64,000 nucleotides of DNA. It comes from Sphaerodactylus townsendi. Its lineage: Eukaryota. Both the position numbers and the translations under genes were made by a program. The notes under the pieces are model-generated. The model ran no database searches. It saw only the letters and a program-made list of their open reading frames with translations, and was not told where the DNA came from. Positions 25,071 through 38,595 of the stretch are shown in pieces (position 1 is the first letter of the stretch; each line of letters opens with the position of its first letter). The DNA lies in contig NC_059434.1 in the NCBI RefSeq assembly GCF_021028975.2, positions 12,090,001-12,154,000 on the forward strand, written 5' to 3'.

Positions 25071-27189
25071 CTGTAAATACAAATGAGATAATAAGTGAGA
25101 TTTTTTAAAAGGGGAGAGTTTAATGCAGGCATGAGAGAAAATGGAGCTCAAACATTACGTTAATGGCAACAAGAGATTGTAAGGCACTCCCTGCAATAAG
25201 TAAATGCATGGCCCCTGGTGCCGATATTTTTGCGATGTTTATCTTTGCTCTTCCTTGTGGTCTCTAACAAATATGGTCTATCTGGTTAGTGACTGTATTG
25301 TTTTCTTTACATAGCTTTTAATTTGTTTCTCAGATGAATCCATTTGGTTCTTAGTTAAATTACCCAGTGCTGACTGAACAAGGCTTTCTGCTGAAGCTAA
25401 TAAAGAAAATACTGTACACTGCCCATCTATCTGTTGCTACACATTGATATTTCATCATTACATATGGGATATGTATGGGCTAGGGTTCTGTTTCTTTTTT
25501 TCTCCCCAGTGACTAGTGAAGGCTGAGTTGCTCAGACTTCTCAGAGATTAAAAGTGCTTACTGATATTTCCTGATGCCTTATCTCTCTTCTGGCTATGCA
25601 AACTACCTCTCACACTGAATATGGAAACAAAGGCTTTAAAGAAGTCAGTGACTTTGATTCAAGCGAACTTCTGCATGAACAGAAGGGAAGTCACTGATTT
25701 CTTCCCATTCTCTGCTTACAGTTAAAATCTGCCATGGCAGATGGTGTTTTAGGGGGATCACTGAGAGAGTAGGTCATTTTGTGCTGATGTATATCTTTGC
25801 TGCAACAGATATTGTGCTGCAAAAGAAAAAATACGTGAAGTCCAATTGTGTACATAAAATACTGTGTACATAAAATACATTTAGCTCCTTTTTGAAGCCT
25901 ATAATTTAACTTCCTGAGTTGAAAAATCTATTGATTACTTGGTTAGCAAGTGCCTTATTCTGGAGATGGTAGATGGTCCTGGTTTAAAGCAGTGGTGTAT
26001 ATTTGTTTCCCAGTTTGATGATTCCACAATTAAATCTTGGGTTTATGAGCAGCAGGACTTTGGATCACAGTGAGACTACCGTAAAACACACTTTCGCCTT
26101 TTTATTTTTGTAGATGCTCAAATGACTTTTTCTTCCTGTGTACCTGAACAGGGAGTTAAAAGGCTACACGTCCAGCCGACAATTAAATTAATTTCACGAG
26201 AAAGTCAGTTTTGTTTCTTATATTTCTTATCATCTTATATTTCTTCTCAGTAAGACTGAAGTGTTCCCACTTTCACCAGGTGTCAAGAAAACAGCCTTTT
26301 TGCCACCCAGCTCACACGGGTTCTCGAGAGTAAGTGGATACACAGCAGACCAAAGACATTTTAAAAACATTTTATAAAAAGAAGATAAAAAAGTAAGCAT
26401 GAAAAGCATGAAAAAAGTCAGCATGAATAATTACATGTGTATAAATAGCAGAAGATTAACTGAAGCATAAAACAGAATAAAGCACTCACAAATATACAAA
26501 TATTAGCACAGTTCTAGAAATCCATTTAGCGTTGGCCTTAGTTTCTTCTGCAGCAAGCCGTAAGTTACCGAAAAGAGATTTACAGCATTTCAGGTGGTAT
26601 TCAAGTTCAGGTAGGGTAACTCTAGCCCCATAGTAAGTTTTGTTATAAGGATTCATCAATCATGGTCAGTTGAACCTAATTCAAACCACCAGAGCCACCG
26701 GCGGAACTTTCCAGAGCCAAGCTTCTGGTCATACTTATACCTACAACCTTGGACCTGCAGTCTTGGGACCGCATCTCCCCATATTGCACCGTTAGGACCC
26801 TCGGATCATCGGAGGAGTACCTATTAGAGTAAGGCACTATGAGCCAGGTGCTTTTTGGAAAAGTACAAGTACAAGACGTCAAGATGAGGTTATCCATGAG
26901 CACAGCCTGCGGCGGCAAGCCTCGGTTGTGAAACGAGGGGCTTGCCCAGAAGGCACTCGCGGCGAGTGCGGGAGGCTTCCTCCTCGCGCTGCCGCCAGTG
27001 CCTTCTGGGGCGCTTCTGTTTCCTGACGGGAGCGCCACTCAGTAGTACGGTCAATGCTCCTGCGGCCGCGTGGGCGCTGCCGCAGGAGCACAGCCTTAAT
27101 CGGGACAATGTCAAAGCCCGGCGGGACGCGGGACACATCGCGCAAAAGCATGAGTGTCCCGCAAAAATCGGGACGGCTGGTCACCTTAT

Positions 27190-27560
27190 ATTAGAGGTCC
27201 CTGGCCTAAAACAAGTTCAGCTGGCCTCTACTAGGGCTAGGGCCTTTACAGTTCTGGCCTCCCCTTCTGGTGGAAGAGGCTCCCTAGAGAGACCAGGCCC
27301 CTGCGGGATTTGTTGAGTTTCTGCAGGGCCTGCAAAATGGACCTGTTCCACCAGGCATTTGGCCAGCCGGGCTGAAGTATGTTCCTTCATCCCGGTCTCC
27401 AGTGGGCTCGGCTGGGGGTGGGGGCTTTTTTATCGCCATCTGTATCCTGTTGGTTTTACTGGTTATGTTTTAATGCTGTTTAGGTTTTAATATTGTTATA
27501 TTCTATTTTATACTAAATGTTGTACACCACCCTTCGGGAGAGGGAAGCTAATAAATTGAA
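27190..27560 (+). mobile_element. L2-like LINE 3' end fragment
   Basis: Resembles the squamate L2 3' region (tggcctctactagggctagggccttt...ccaggcatttgg) ending in an AT-rich tail. Confidence 0.5.
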
Positions 27561-27567
27561 AGAATAA

Positions 27568-28140
27568 CATAGAATCTTAGAGTTGGAAGAGACCCCAAGG
27601 GCCATGAATCCAAACCCCTGCAATGCAGGAACACACAATTAAAGCTCTTCTGACAGATGGCCATCAAGCCTCTGTTTAGAAACCTCCAGAGAAGGAGACT
27701 CCACTACACTCTGAAGTAGTGAATTCCACTGTCGAACAGCCCTTACTTTCAGAAAGATTTTCCTGAGGTTTAGGTGGAATCTTTTTTCCTTCACCTCGAA
27801 CCCATTACTCCTGGTCCTAGTCTTTGGAGCAACAGAAAACAAGCTTGCTCCCTCACCAATAGGATATCCCTTCAAATATCTAAACATGGCTATCATGTCG
27901 CCTCTTAACCTTTTCCCCAAACTAAACATACCCAGCTCCCTAAGTCTCTCCTCATAGAGCATGGAATCCAGACCTTTCACCATTTTGGTTGCCCTCCTCT
28001 AGACCTGTTCCAGCTTGTCAATATCTTCCTTGAATTGCGGTGCCCAGAACTGTACACAGTATTCCAGGTGAGGTCTAACCAATGCAGAATAGAGAGGTAC
28101 AATAACTTCTCTCGATCTATATACTATACTCCCATTGATA
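27568..28140 (-). mobile_element. CR1 LINE 3' fragment
   Basis: Encodes MVKGLDSMLYEERLRELGMFSLGKRLRGDMIAMFRYLKG...RAVRQWNSL, a CR1 ORF2 C-terminus; ATTCTATG-type tail. Confidence 0.9.
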
Positions 28141-28586
28141 CATCTCTTTAATATTTAGAGAGGCTGAGGCAGGTAGCTAATACTCCCTGCTCACTCTCAC
28201 AACATCAAACAGGTGAGACAGAATCTAATTATGACAGGGCTTCCAATTAAATGAGACAGAAAACATTTCACAGACCTGTTTTAAAGTTCTGACAGTGATT
28301 GAATTTCTTGACACCAGGCTTCAAATTGACATGACATTTGGGGACTCTGACAAAGTAGAGTTTGTTTCCCACTACAGGCCAGGATTCTAGACTTTACTTA
28401 ATCCAGCATAGAGTGGAGAATGGGCGGGAAACAAACTCCAGTTTGCATTCAGATATCACCAAGTGGAGCTTGATCAAACTGAGAAGTGCTCAGTTGAATT
28501 AGACAGGAGAAGGGAAGAGCAAAAGGAACAAACTGTTTTTGTATGTGATACTGAGAAACCTCTGACCACGGCCTGCGGATGCTTAC

Positions 28587-28855
28587 CTTGATAACAGACT
28601 CTGTCATGCCCCAAAGGAAATCACAGGGAAATTGACCGTGTAAAGCTGGCGTTGACTCCTTTTTAGGAAAGCCATTTTCTTGTATGATTTGCTTGTAATA
28701 CAATGCAGATGACTTAGGAATCCGTTCTTTTTCTTTACTGTTGAAATCAACGTAAAATAATCCTCGCCTGGTGTTGTAAGCATGTTGCCATTCAAATCCA
28801 TCCAAGAGAGACCAAGCAGCGTAACCAAATACATCAATCTTGTCATACTTGATAG
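28587..28855 (-). CDS. KLB: Beta-klotho exon 3
   Basis: Encodes [37 protein letters not shown]...[15 protein letters not shown]; 269 nt; intact. Confidence 0.95.
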
Positions 28856-29570
28856 CTGCGGAAGGGAAATCAATGCAAAAGCCCATATGAGATAATACAG
28901 AATGTGGTTTGTATCACATGTGTACAGGGTAAGATGGTTTCAGATCAGGGGCATTTTCCTATATGTGTATGACCTCATTTCTGTTTTGAGAAAACCTTTC
29001 ATAGAGGGTCCTCCCGGTCCTGTCACCTGGGAAAGTGGGTGGCCACAAGGGGCTTCTTGGTGAACTGAATGGAATCAGTCCCCTAAAAAGGCCAAGCTTG
29101 CTCTCTATTGAGTTTCAGAGCCATGTCCAAAATTATCATTGTTTAAAAAACCCAACACAATGCTACTCTTACCCACAACACACGATTTGTGGAAGTGATA
29201 GATGCCTCTTAACACCTCTGTGCTCTCATTTGGAAATTTGGTTGAGCCAAGTTTCTCAAACATGAAAGATACGTATACATGCATGCATTCATTGCACTTT
29301 GGATTCTGGCCTGCATATCTGAGAAATAAAGTCCTGGAGAATGGTGCTATCCCATCTTGCAATGATAGAACTGCACAGATAGGTCAACATAAGTCCAAAC
29401 TGGGAAACATACGTGCAGGAATTGGACCACCATTAAGAGAATATACGTCCTCCCTTCCTGCTGAGGGAAGTGTTGGAGCTATTTGTAACCCCCATGCAAG
29501 AATGAGCACTGATCTGTGACATTCGGGTTTGTTCTAATCGCAGAACCTGGCCCCTTCAGACAATCAGAAG

Positions 29571-30085
29571 CAGTGGTGGGATCCAAAAATTTTAGCAACA
29601 GGTTCTCTCGCCAGCCGCCCTCAGCAAAGGGGGCAGAGGCGTACCTAGACTCACCCCGGGCAAAACCTGAGTTGGATGCCCCCCCCCCCATGGGCAGCCA
29701 CCCCACCACGACCCCAAACATTTTTTTTGCACCAGGTCATTTCTAAATCATCTTCACATTATAGAAAATGCCCCAACTCACAAATCTGAACACAGCAATG
29801 GTGAAACACACAGGTTCTTTGATAGAGACTGGTGAGATAAAAGGCACCAAAGGCTGGGAATCAATGAATTGCAGTACCTGAAAGGGATTAACCCAGTTCA
29901 GGGAGTTACATTATTAGTCGCAATTGCTATATGGAACCTTCACGTTCAAAGGCAGTATGCCTCTCGGGGAGGTGAGGGCGTGGAGATGGGAAAGTGGACC
30001 CAATTAGTAACCCCCTCTTGGCACACACAAATAATTAGTAACCCACTCTCGGGAACTAGTGAGAACCTGCTGGATCCCACCTCTG
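29571..30085. mobile_element. Non-autonomous hAT element
   Basis: TIR cagtggtgggatcc / ggatcccacctctg; near-TSD atcagaag/gtcagaag; close match to 32575-33060. Confidence 0.85.
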
Positions 30086-31000
30086 GTCAGAAGGCATGTT
30101 CAGTTTGCTGTGACCTTACATTCTCACGAGAGTACAGGATCTGTGACCTTACATTCTCATGAGAGTACAGGATACAGTATCTGAACTCCCTAAGGTTAGT
30201 TCTTCAAAACATTATGGGCAAATGAAGAATCAGTTGTCACAACGGCCCTCTTTATGCATTAGAAACTCCTTGTGCTTGTTGAGCAACAACACAAGGAATT
30301 TGGAAGCAGATGTTCAACAGGAGTTTTGTGCCTACCCTGGGTGCCCTTTTCTCCACATGGTTGTTTTCTCCTCCATAAATTGCTCCGGAGAGTTGATATT
30401 GGCTCCTTTCAAGCAATAATATTACTTACATCTTACATGTACATTTTGTAATGCAGCCAGTAGTATCACCATTTTAATTTTATTTATTGATTTATTATTT
30501 AGATTTTTATACCGCCCTATCCCCAAGGGGCTCCGGGCGGTGTACAACATAATTAACACAATGCTAGATTGGGGAGCAACCCATACAAATACACAACAAC
30601 AAATTACATAGGCTCCCTCCATTTAAATAATCATTAAAACCATGAGGTGGCTCTCTCCCACGCCAGTTCTGCAACCTGAAATGGTCGAGTGGGACGGGCT
30701 ATTTGGAATTCTGGGGAAACCCATATCTTCTCTGGGATACATGTGGATTTCCCCAGTCAGCTAAATAGCACTACCCCGAATTATTTCTGGTCAGGAAAGT
30801 GGTATTTGAGATGCTGGGAGGGTGGTGAAGCTCCTGCTCCACATGCTTTGTGATCCTGATCCAAAATTAGGCAACAGTTGGTGGAAATTGAGGAGAGCAT
30901 GCATCTCACATATGACTGTTACACAAAGTGGGGAATACCAGGCCCCATCTTTATAGACAGAAGTGTGAAGATTCTCTCCTGGGGACACAACTGGTTTATG

Positions 31001-31397
31001 CAGAGGTGGGATCCAGCAGGTTCTCACAGGTTCCTGAGAGTAGGTTACTAATTATCTGTGTGTGCCGAGAGGGGGTTACTAATTGGTAATTTTGCCACGT
31101 GATTTTTGCCTTAGTTACGCCCCTCCTCCGCTCCTCAGCAGTAGCGCACAGAACTTGAAGCAGTCTAGCAGGAGGTGCACCTGTGTGCTTGGCAGCCTGC
31201 GCCTGTGTGCATTCGTTTCCCGCCCAAGGACCGGCACAGCGGCTGAGTCCTTGCCACAGCCCCGCCCAGCAATGCCCCGCCCCGGAATGCCCGCCCCTAC
31301 CCCTGCCGTGCCCCACCCAGCCCCATTGGCGCTACACTACTGTTTGAATCCAACCACCATGGGAACCTGTTACTAAAATTTTTGGATCCCACCACTG
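31001..31397. mobile_element. Non-autonomous hAT element (opposite orientation)
   Basis: Same TIRs; perfect TSD ggtttatg; close match to 63412-63792. Confidence 0.85.
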
Positions 31398-31583
31398 GGT
31401 TTATGGCAGCATAATTTGTGGAATGCCCTTTAAAATACACAAAGATGTTAAGGTTGAAGTAACGATATAGCTCTTACATTTTTCTGCATACATGAGACAT
31501 AAAATAGATCCCTCTTACTGTCTGGTTTGAATTCAATCTTTTGAAGCTCATATAGTATTCTTTTTTTTAAGTGATTTACAAAC

Positions 31584-32094
31584 CTTGTAAGACTTTATTA
31601 ATGAAACCCTTCATTATGTAGATGACTGTGGTATCTTCTGTTTTGACATCGCTTTTGGTAAACCACCCATTTTCTGCAATAAAGATTCTAGGATTGCGAT
31701 ATTCCAATTTAATCCAGTTTAGTACTTCTCTTAGGTTGAGTGAGAAATTTTGCCCCATTTTAGGTAACATGTTTCGTGGTATAAAATTATTCGGGCCAAA
31801 GGAAAAAGCAAAGAAATCAGCAGTTCCTTTTATATGATTTTTCTCTGTCCTGGTAAAATTGGGCAAGATGTCAGCGAGTTCACTTTTTAGCTCTTCGGGA
31901 TAATCTCCATCTCCATGGATTGGGTTGGCAAACCACCCTAGCACTGTCTGCATGGACTGCTGACACTTGGTGATGTCTGAGGTGTCCTTGGAGCGGTTGG
32001 GCTCAATCCAGTGGGATCCCAGCGTTATTGACAGAAATCCTTTCTGATGCGGCCGGAAATGCTTGTTGTAATGATGCCAGATTCTTGCATGAGC
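31584..32094 (-). CDS. KLB: Beta-klotho exon 2
   Basis: Encodes [19 protein letters not shown]...IAENGWF...FINKVLQ; 511 nt; intact. Confidence 0.95.
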
Positions 32095-32250
32095 CTGAGG
32101 AAGAAAATATAATACATCAAGCATCATTTAGTTGCACCCAACTCATGATGACCCCTCATGGGTTTTCAGTGGTGGTTTGCCATTGCCTTCCTCTGTATAG
32201 GAACCCTGGTCTTTCTTAAGACTGACTGCTTCAGTTTCCAAGCTCTAGCA

Positions 32251-32385
32251 CAGGGGTCTGCAACCTGCGGCTCTCCAGATGTCCATGGACTACAATTCCC
32301 ATCAGCCCCAATTGGTCATGGTGGCAGGGGCTGATGGGAATTGTAGTCCATGAACATCTGGAGAGCCGCAGGTTGCAGACCCCTG
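32251..32385. mobile_element. Palindromic hAT MITE
   Basis: TIR caggggtctgcaacc; perfect TSD ctctagca. Confidence 0.85.
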
Positions 32386-32574
32386 CTCTAGCAAGTCCGG
32401 GATGTTCAGTCTGCTTAAGCAGAAATCGTATGTATTCAAAAGTAGAAATGCTCTTTGGCTAAACATTTTAGCTTTCAGAGAAGAAAAATAACATACCATA
32501 ATTAACATTTCTTGGTAATGTCTACAACATAAGAGATACAGATACATTTGCAGTACAGAAATAAGGGTTTTGAT

Positions 32575-33060
32575 CAGTGGTGGGATCCAAAAATTTTAGT
32601 AACAGATTCCCTCGCCAGCCCCCCCTCAGCAAAGGGGGCAGAGGCGTACCTAGGCAAACCTGAGCCCTGGGCACGACCCCCAAAAATTATTTTGCACCAG
32701 GTCATTTCTAAATCATCATCACATTATAGAAAATGCCCCAACTCACAAATCTGAACACAGCAATGGTGAAACACACTGATAGAGACTGGTGAGATAAAAC
32801 ACACTGGTGAGATAAAAGGTACGAAAGGCTGAGAATCAATGAATTGCAGTACCTGAAAGGGATTAACCCAGTTCAGGGAGTTACATTATTAGTCACAATT
32901 GCTATATGGAACCTTCACGTTCAAAGGCAGTATGCCTCTCGGGGAGGTGAGGGCATGGAGATGGAAAAGCGGACCCAATTAGTAACTCCCTCTCAGCACA
33001 CACAAATAATTAGTAACCCACTCTCGGGAACTGGTGAGAACCTGCTGGATCCCACCTCTG
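32575..33060. mobile_element. Non-autonomous hAT element
   Basis: Same family as the 29571 copy; perfect TSD gttttgat. Confidence 0.85.
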
Positions 33061-34271
33061 GTTTTGATCCAATAGGACTGGACCTGACCAACTTCCCATA
33101 AAGAAAATGGCTGCTTTGGAAGATGGTATTATACCCTGCTGAGATTTCTTTTCTGCTAAACTCTCCCCTTCCCATGCTCCAACATCCAAGAATTTCTCAG
33201 CCCAAAGTTGGCAACCCTACCAATGCTGTCAGCGGGCAAGTGAGTGGATAGTGCCCTAGACTGGATGGTGCCCTAGACAATCATCTACGGGGGTCTACTG
33301 GACAGGCCATCCTTCCTGCCTTCCTACCACGTGGGAAATGTCTGTGTAACTCAGCATTGCACCTGCCCATAGCTTAAGACTAGCTTGTTGTTTTCTACCT
33401 GGATGCCCTTTGTTTCACATCTTCACATCCATTATTTGAGCAAGCTATCACTGAGGTCAACCTTTGCGATTGCAGGATGAGCAGCGCTGGGCAAAAGCAT
33501 AGCAATATTGGGAATGGGATGAAGTGTATCATCTTTGTTTATAAGGCTTGGGGCAAAGCCTTTTAAAACATATTTGACTTACACAGGGTAATTTGACCTC
33601 TCCTCCCTTAGATAAAGGTGCCTGTCAGATTATCTGGAGTTTACCTTACCTCTGAGATGGACATTTTTGCCTTGTGAAGAAGAGAATGTCTCTTTACTGG
33701 GAGAAAAAATGCTGACAGACCTTGGGAAATGCTTTGATTGTCAATGACTCAGCAAACTAAGTCAGCTCAGAATGCGAAAGCCCCTTTTAATTTTTTTTTG
33801 GGGGGGGAGATATGCAAAAATAATGAAATTTTTGCAATCTATAATCATAATCCTCATAAAAAAACACAAGATACAAACCTATCTCAATTTGTTTTGGGTT
33901 CCAAAACATTCAGCTTTTCTGTATGCTCAGCTGACTCCTGATTTTCTTGGCAGTCTGTCCACAAATGCAGGAATCAGTTTGAGCACGGTTCTTTCACACA
34001 TCTGCCCTCTGCATTTTCTTAGATACAGAATCTTTTTTTTGAAAACCAAATGTCCTAAATAGTCAGGATTTTCAATGAAGGGTGTTGTTATCAGTAGCAC
34101 CACAGCACGCACACACCCCTATTTTTCACATGCTTATATCAATATATCAATATTATGACTACATAAAAAAGTAAGGCACTAAAATATTGATAGATCCATA
34201 TATCGTTGTAATGATAGGTTCATCAGGTTCTCTGAATTCCCAACTTTCATTTAAAGGAAAGTAAGTCTCTA

Positions 34272-34597
34272 GCAGAGCAGCAGTGGCGTAGGGAGCAGCA
34301 GTGGCGTAGGGAGGTTAAGAGCTCATGTATCTAAGCTGGAGGAACCGGGTTTGATTCCCCGCTCTGCCGCCGGAGCTGTGGAGACTTATCTGGGGAATTC
34401 AGATTAGCCTGTACACTCCCACACATGCCAGCTGGGTGACCTTGGGCTAGTCACAGCTTCTTGGAGCTCTCTCAGCCCCACCTACCTCACAGGGTGTTTG
34501 TTGTGAGGGGGGAAGAGCAAGGAGATTGTAAGCCCCTTTGAGCCTTTTACAGGAGAGAAAGGGGGATATAAATCCAGACTCTTCTTCTTCTTCTCTT
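34272..34597 (+). mobile_element. tRNA-derived SINE (Squam-type), young copy
   Basis: A-box-like tggcgtagggagg and B-box-like ggtttgattccc; (CTT)n tail; near-identical to 54316-54619. Confidence 0.85.
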
Positions 34598-35812
34598 CTA
34601 GCTTCTTCCCTCATGGAGAAATATCTTTTTCCTTATATCTCAGTAAGAGAAGGAGATAAGAAAGCTGGGAATTAAGAGAATTGGCTGGACCTGTCATTAT
34701 AACAGTATATGGATATATCAATATTTCAGTGCTTCAAAACACACACACAGAGGCAACCATTCATCTTCAGGTCAGGACATAGGCTATTCACTGAAAAGTT
34801 GGCTGGAGGTGGTTGGGAGTGGGGAGGACAATGAAAATCAAAATAAACATCATACAGGAGGAAAACAGGGGACTCAAAATACCCCCAGGCTGAGGAAAAA
34901 TAAGATCCCCCCCATATGTCCTTGCAGGCCCTGCAGTTGTATACTTAGAATTCTATTTTATTCATTGGTGCCCCCACAAAAGCCCTAGAGTTACCCTGTA
35001 CTTTTTCCAGTTTGCCACACAGAGTACTTTTAAGCGCCTTTACTTGTTTAACTTTTCTGTTCTCCTAAACCGAGAACAGGTAGCAATGCCGAAGAATCCT
35101 AGAGAATAACAACTTGGAGCAATCCTGCGTCAGCTGTTTGATGAGTTTTCAACGCTACAATCTACGTCAGAACATTTGTTCAAGGTCTAGACATTAATGT
35201 TAACCTTTGAAATGGAGGGAAGGAAAGAAAGCCGCATAAAACTAGGGACCGATGAGTCATATCTCTGCCCAGTCATGACATTTATGGTGTGCACAGGTTG
35301 TGTCTAGAGCCCAGTCAGATGTGAGCTGTGGGTTTTCTTTAATGCCCATGTGCATGATTCCCAATTTGGATCAGGACCATGGCACACAAAGAAAAAGGGT
35401 TGCAGGCCTCAGCCTTCCCAAGCCCACTAGTACCAACCTGAAATGTGTCTGGGGGAAGCTCATGTATTTCCCAGGATTCACATTGGTTTCCCCAAAGGGA
35501 TCAATAATACTCCCCTCCCCTCCCCTGACTGTTTCAAGAGAGCCAGCATAGGGTAATGTTAAGGTTTCGGACTAAGATCTGGGCAACCCCGGGTTCAAAC
35601 CCACACTCTGCCAAGGAAATTTGCTGGGAGACCTTGGACCAGTCACATACTTTCAGCCCTGACCTGACAAGTGTTTGGATGGGAGACCTCCAAGGAATAC
35701 CAGGATCATGATATGGAGGCAAGCAATGGCAATGACAAACTATCTCCAAACATATTTTGCCTTGAAAACCCAACGAGGGGTGGCCATAAGTCAGATGTGA
35801 CTTGACGGCAAA

Positions 35813-35888
35813 ATGAATGAATGAATGAATGAATGAATGAATGAATGAATGAATGAATGAATGAATGAATAAATAAATAAATAAATAA
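35813..35888. repeat. (GAAT)n/(AAAT)n microsatellite at a SINE tail
   Basis: Tandem atga units grading into aaat units. Confidence 0.95.
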
Positions 35889-38348
35889 TACTGTTTCAGG
35901 AAAATGGCACAGGGAGGAAAGGCTGAAATGTGTACTGTAGTCCTAGTCCAAATTGGGCAATACATGCACAGGGAACGAGGAGAATCTGCAACTTACACCT
36001 GACAGTGACACAGGGTGGGATCCCAGACCCAACCTGCGGACTCAATACAATAAGAACTAGCATAGAAGAATGACCACGAGCTATCTCTCAGCTTAATCTT
36101 GATGTAGGATTGTTGTGAATGTAAAATGGGATAACCCTATATTTTCTGCTCTGCATTCCTTTCAGGACAAGCAATATGATACATAAAAAAAAAACAAGTT
36201 CAGAAGGGGGTGATACCCTCTTCCAAACAGATGCCTGTCTCTCTTGGTTCTTATTTTTGATAATCAGCTTTGACTTGAGGTCCCATTGATAGCCCATTGC
36301 AACAGATTAACTGCAACTTGAACAAGCACAAAACAGTCACTGGCCATTTATGTATGCTGTACTTTCCTCACAGCTGTTTGGTTTGCAGTGGTTTTTTCCC
36401 CTGTCATATTCCTGTGATTCTCCTATTGCAAAGTGTCCCTATCTAATCCAATCCATCATTTTGCTTGCCCCCTGCTTCCTAGTTCTTTCTGTGCAATTGC
36501 TAATTGGGGAGGTTGCCTGCCACCTTTTTGGGGGAGCCAACTTTGGTCTAGTATTACTTCGCTTGACATTGTCAATTTCATGATAGACCTTCAACATTAA
36601 TTTTTTTTAAAAAGCCCTTCTGACTGTTTTAAAATGGTGGCCCAAAGGTTGGGTAGAACTGCTGTGGTGTGGGCAGGGGAAGTTGAGAGGAGTCAGAAAA
36701 CCTGAAGAAAGCCTAACACACTTGGATCTCTTTCGCTTTCCCTGCAAAGGGAGAGAAAATGTTGCACTTAAACAGGTTTTGGAAAATGTGGGGATTCTCT
36801 GATCTGAGATCAGCGTGACCGCCAAAGAGGGCACAATGTATGCATAACTGAGAATCAAAGCCTATGTACACTCAATGTGAAGGAGACCCCTTGTGCATAA
36901 AAGCCCACTGCGTTATCATTATCAAATCCCGATTCCAGGTTTTCCCTGCCTCCTCCTTGCTGCTTACTACCTAATCTGTTCTACACCTTGAAGATCAAAG
37001 CTAAATGTTAAGGCTAAGCAGATAGTGTGGGTATGATCAATACTGGACATTATGCTCTGAATAAACATAGCACTCAATTATGCACATTTCCCTGATATTA
37101 CTGCAAGTATAGTAGTTAATATATAACCTTTTGGAATGCCTGGATGTACCAAGAATGTACCACTGAGCAGATATTCATTTCTAAAATATTAAAAACCATT
37201 GTGTAGTTACTCAGTTTTGTACATGGTTCTTGACATTGGCTGATGGTGTTAGTGTGGGAACAGATTCCAGAGATCACCAGATCTTTAAAAATCTGCATAG
37301 CATTAGTCTTCTGCACCTATTCCAAAACAATTTAGCTATGTTTGAATTATTTTTTCCTAGCAATTGCTTGCAAGGCAGCAGAAAAAAAAATTAGTAGAAG
37401 GGAATGTCATTTTGGACTCTGTAGTCAAGATAACCACAGTGTACAAATGGCTCACCTGATCCCTTTTCCAAACAACAACCGGTCTGCCCTCCTCTCCCAC
37501 ACGTTGCCTCAAGAAAAGTGGCTTTTGAATTTTTTGAGGGAGTTCTAAAAAAACCCTGCCCTGGATTCAGGAGATCTGAATAACTACCATCCAGTCTCAA
37601 ATGTGCCATTCTTGACCTAAGCGATTGAACAAGTGGTATCTGGCCAATGTCAAGGATACCTGAATGATGCTGATTATGTGAATCCATTCCAATCCAGTTC
37701 AGACCCGGTTATGGAACTGAAACAGTCTTGGTCACTCTGATGGATGACATACGCTGGGAGATGGACAGGGGGAATGCAACCCTGTTCATTTTCCTCTTGG
37801 TGGTTTTTGATACCATTGATTATAGTATCCTTCTTCCAATAACATAGTTACAATAGAAGATGCATGAAGTAACAGTGATTAGTATTGATTACAGATAGTT
37901 ACATAGGCAAAGGATTATCTTAATTTGCCTTCCCATTGTGTGGGTGAAACTAAAGGATTAAGTGATAGTTTAAACAAGGTCTATCTTTTCCCCTAATTCA
38001 GTCAAGATCATACTCAAGACAATACCTTTTGTGGTATCAAAGGTCTTACACTGACTGGAGACCCAGATTAGGTTTCTGACTTCTAGTAACCACAAAGGTT
38101 ACTAGATAACTACAATTTTATCTGTACTGTGCCAAAGCGAATAAGAACCTCCCAAAAAATCACTGGGTGTTTTCACAATTACACAATTTTATTTTACAAC
38201 TTTGTAGAGGTCTTCACTTCAGCTCATGCCTTATCAATTCATGGCTTCTTCACTGAGGTGCAACGTTATGCAGAATTTCAAATTTTATTGTTTACAAATT
38301 TACGATGTCAAGACTTTGTGAGTAACCTTCTCACAATTCATTCACCGA

Positions 38349-38430
38349 CTAGTATGTTTCAACACACACCAGTTAGTATGTTTCAACACACACCAGTTTG
38401 GTTAGTATGTTTCAACACACACCAGTTTGG
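38349..38430. repeat. Tandem repeat, 3 copies of a ~24-bp unit
   Basis: tagtatgtttcaacacacaccagt repeated three times. Confidence 0.9.
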
Positions 38431-38462
38431 TTTACAGTCTGTAAACCAAACTAGGGAAGTTA

Positions 38463-38595
38463 TTGGGCTGCTGTGTGGTTTCTGAGCTGTATGGCCGTGT
38501 TCTAGCAGCATTCTCTCCTGCTAGAACATGGCCATACAGCCCGGAAACCACACAGCACCCCAGTGATTCCGGCCGTGAAAGCCTTCGACAATACA
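38463..38595. mobile_element. Penelope-like terminal fragment (inverted pair)
   Basis: Homologous to 1248-1450 but lacks the hammerhead core. Confidence 0.6.

Noticed and set aside
29869-33101. Duplicated ORFs (MQYLKGINPVQG..., MVILPRDFCLSY...) suggesting paralogous small genes
   Set aside because: They lie within repeated non-autonomous hAT elements that have TIRs and TSDs
34292-34370. tRNA-like A/B boxes as tRNA genes (also near 54320 and 61600)
   Set aside because: They are heads of tRNA-derived SINEs followed by SINE bodies and simple-repeat tails, and no cloverleaf is evident
38349-38430. Three direct repeats resembling a mini CRISPR array
   Set aside because: Eukaryotic intron, no unique spacers and no cas genes; a simple tandem duplication
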